From the NCBI GenBank assembly GCA_022599915.1, contig JAHZLH010000065.1, forward strand, positions 1,155 through 65,154: 64,000 bases of DNA, written 5' to 3'. The stretch is from Actinomycetes bacterium (GTDB taxonomy: Bacteria > Actinomycetota > Actinomycetes > S36-B12 > GCA-2699445). Of the stretch, positions 61,801-64,000 are shown in pieces. A model generated the notes under the pieces. That model made no database searches. It saw only the letters and a program-made list of their open reading frames with translations, and was not told where the DNA came from. Each line of letters begins with the position of its first letter. The first letter of the stretch is position 1. A program made the position numbers and the translations under genes.

Positions 61801-62808
61801 TTACAGCCGGTCACCGCGGAAATCTCTCCAGCGGAGTCGCTGTCCAAAGCGGTCGGGCCATTCCCGGTAGGAGCGGTCTGCAAGGTCTATGAAACCGACA
61901 ACGGTGATGCCACGGGACCCGCGCCGGGGCTCATCGACACTGTCGTGATCACTCCCGAGGGCTCGCCTCCCGTTGAGGTGGATGTGGACAATAAGTTCCC
62001 ATCGGGCCGGGTGTCCGTGGCAAAGGTTGTGGACGGAACTGCTGCTGATCAGGTCGCCAAGAGCGAGTTCACCCTTCACGTGAAATGTTCACGCAGTCTC
62101 ACCGCAGGTGGCAGTGAAAAGATCTTCGACAAGAAAGTGAAGCTCAAGAGTGGGCAGTCGAAAGCCTTCAAGAAAGCACTTCCCATCGGTGCGAAGTGCT
62201 GGGCTACTGAACCGAAAGACGGTGGCGCCACCCGTACTCAGATTGATAATGACTCGAAGGCCAATGCAGTAGTGATTACCGAAGCCGCTTCCGCAATCGA
62301 TGTGATCGCAACGAACTCGTTTAACGATGCGGAGCTCATCGTGGAAAAGCAAGTTAATGGCGGCAACCCCGACACGGTGGGTCCGTTCACCTTCGCAGTG
62401 GAGTGCACGCTGGCCAAAACCAAGGTGCTGCTTCCCGGAAAGGATCGCCAGTTCCGGTTAGCCGCCAACGAGCACAGGGTGATTGCTGTCCCCAAGGGTT
62501 CCACGTGTGAAGTTCGCGAGACCGATAATGGCGGTGCATCGCGGGTTGTGATTTCTGACTCCGATAGTTCGTCCAAGCAAGGCAGCAGCGACGGGATCGT
62601 GACGGTCAACAAGAAAGAGACCGTCATCGTCACCAATGACTTCACCGCCGGACCTGGTGGCGGCAGTGGTGGAAACACTCCAGCCAACACCGGTAGTCAG
62701 TACGTCATGGGCATTACCTGGGCGGCGCTGCTGCTGCTGGGAGTAGGAGTGGGTCTCATCCGCTACCGCGGCCGCAAGTCCTGGTGGGACGCGCCGATCC
62801 AGTTGTAG
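61801..62808 (+). CDS. Sortase-substrate surface protein fragment (SpaA/prealbumin-fold repeats, PANTG sorting signal); 5'-truncated, no start or signal peptide
   Basis: Three-plus repeats end in C.V.ETDNGGA-type motifs. The C-terminus is TPANTG + hydrophobic helix + RYRGRK. Homology begins mid-domain at ~61805. The track ORF upstream (61564-61800) is only the antisense of the PD40 gene. Confidence 0.55.
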   Translation, partial: LQPVTAEISPAESLSKAVGPFPVGAVCKVYETDNGDATGPAPGLIDTVVITPEGSPPVEVDVDNKFPSGRVSVAKVVDGTAADQVAKSEFTLHVKCSRSLTAGGSEKIFDKKVKLKSGQSKAFKKALPIGAKCWATEPKDGGATRTQIDNDSKANAVVITEAASAIDVIATNSFNDAELIVEKQVNGGNPDTVGPFTFAVECTLAKTKVLLPGKDRQFRLAANEHRVIAVPKGSTCEVRETDNGGASRVVISDSDSSSKQGSSDGIVTVNKKETVIVTNDFTAGPGGGSGGNTPANTGSQYVMGITWAALLLLGVGVGLIRYRGRKSWWDAPIQL

Positions 62809-62849
62809 TTAGCTGTTCGGGAGTTACTCCGGCCAGTTCGCACCTGGAG

Positions 62850-63662
62850 TTAGGAGCCGGTGGCCGGTTCCTCGATGAAGCCGCGAGCAACGTCTGCGAG
62901 TTCGCTCAATGAGCTGATATCGATCCCGAGTGGTGCAGTGAACGGGTGGGAAATCCAGATCATGACCGCTAATGCCAGCGTCAGTACGCATACCCATCCG
63001 AACAGCAGCCAGGGTCGCTCCTCATCACTCAAGCTTGCGCCCATGAAGACTGCCACGAACAAGGTGGAGATCATGATCAGTGCCATCATCACGGGAGGTA
63101 AGACTCGATTGGAAACGGACAACAACTCACCGCGATTCTCGGCCAAATTCGTTACTGAGTCTTCGATCAGAGAAATCTGAATCTTTTGGCCAGTACCTGG
63201 ATCTTCAATCGCGGCACTTGCGGCTTGTTGGAGCTCACGAAAACTGTCCACGGAGGGTGCGGGAAAGACGTTTCCCTGCGCAAAGAATGTGAAGTCTTCT
63301 TCAGTCGTGGTGTCTAGGTAGTTCGCCACGCTTGCCAGGAGCCGATTCTTGTCCTGAACATTCTCCAGGTCGAGTGACGCGACGATGAGTTCATCCGCGG
63401 CAACAAACTGGGCATCTACCGCAGACTGGCCGGCAGTGAAAGTATTCCAACTCATAGTGATGCCGAAGCCAATGAGCACGAATAACCCCGTGGCGGTGGC
63501 TGACGTTAGTTTGTTGCTATAACGCGCGACCTGGGTTTGCCGTTCCTGGGAAGTTCGTTTTCTGGCGATCGCGCGGGATCCAGCAGCGAACGCTGCCATG
63601 ACGATGAACCAGACGAGGGGGAACAGCACCCATGGAGGAGAAACTGGTAGGACACTATCCAA
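62850..63662 (-). CDS. Membrane protein, DUF4239/bestrophin-like architecture
   Basis: 270 aa with two N-terminal and two C-terminal TM helices flanking a soluble central region. No catalytic motifs recognised. Confidence 0.5.
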   Translation of the reverse strand: MDSVLPVSPPWVLFPLVWFIVMAAFAAGSRAIARKRTSQERQTQVARYSNKLTSATATGLFVLIGFGITMSWNTFTAGQSAVDAQFVAADELIVASLDLENVQDKNRLLASVANYLDTTTEEDFTFFAQGNVFPAPSVDSFRELQQAASAAIEDPGTGQKIQISLIEDSVTNLAENRGELLSVSNRVLPPVMMALIMISTLFVAVFMGASLSDEERPWLLFGWVCVLTLALAVMIWISHPFTAPLGIDISSLSELADVARGFIEEPATGS

Positions 63663-63864
63663 GGTCTTGTTCCTTCCTTGGGATTCTGGCCAACGTGAGA
63701 ACTGAGTGTGGCATCAAATGCTCTTAGTTTTCAGGTCGTCGTGGCACGAGTTGGATGATCGTCGCGGGTCCAAGGGTCGGCTGATGGGTATGTCTCTTGA
63801 CGGGGTAGCTGCGGCGAGTGCACCGACAACCGCTACGGATCATCGGGATAGCTTCGCCTTTACG

Positions 63865-63937
63865 TGCGCCCGGAGGGATTCGAACCCCCAACCTACCGGG
63901 TAGAAACCGGTTGCTCTATCCATTGAGCTACGGGCGC
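63865..63937 (-). tRNA. tRNA-Arg (anticodon TCT)
   Basis: Reverse complement: GCGCCCG acceptor, GCTC/GAGC D-stem, anticodon stem ACCGG/CCGGT with loop uuUCUac, T-arm GGGGG-TTCGAAT-CCCTC. CCA is not encoded. Confidence 0.9.
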
Positions 63938-64000
63938 TGGGTGCGTGCCAATAACCGTGCTCATAACGCTGCTCATAACCTGCGTCATGGGTTGATTGAC

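Overview
GC-rich actinobacterial-type chromosomal window (strong G/C third-codon bias; many long antisense shadow ORFs in the track are artefacts). I support about 50 protein genes, 3 tRNAs (Lys-CTT, His-GTG, Arg-TCT), several hairpin terminators and two candidate operators. I saw no rRNA, CRISPR array, transposase, integrase or phage genes. The left two thirds are core or accessory metabolism and envelope functions: a Tat-lipoprotein FAD oxidase, Bcp, and a CbiMNQO-type ECF Ni/Co importer preceded by an exact Nur-box. They also include acetoacetyl-CoA synthetase, a fused pxpA-pxpB plus pxpC, orn, two tandem-USP genes, glpK, amt-glnK, an Fe-S (6-4)-type photolyase, an acyl-CoA dehydrogenase, alkB-rubredoxin-TetR, a two-component system with a 4x PepSY protein, an S53 peptidase and several large secreted or sortase-type surface proteins. 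The stand-out is a ~12.7 kb RiPP gene cluster at 46.5-59.2 kb. It has two divergently encoded nitrile-hydratase-like-leader (NHLP) precursors with poly-Cys cores, a fused E1-like/YcaO cyclodehydratase and a SagB-type dehydrogenase. A luciferase-like monooxygenase is translationally coupled to one precursor. Export genes are a C39-peptidase ABC exporter, a second ABC exporter, a HlyD-type protein and a degenerate mini ABC ATPase. Other notable items: an H-NOX haem sensor translationally coupled to a GAF hybrid histidine kinase whose ATP-lid motifs look degenerate; a sharp junction at ~61.8 kb where two divergent genes both lose their 5' ends; and a recurring lysine-rich module at the C-termini of unrelated secreted enzymes. 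All product calls come from reading motifs by eye. No database search was run.
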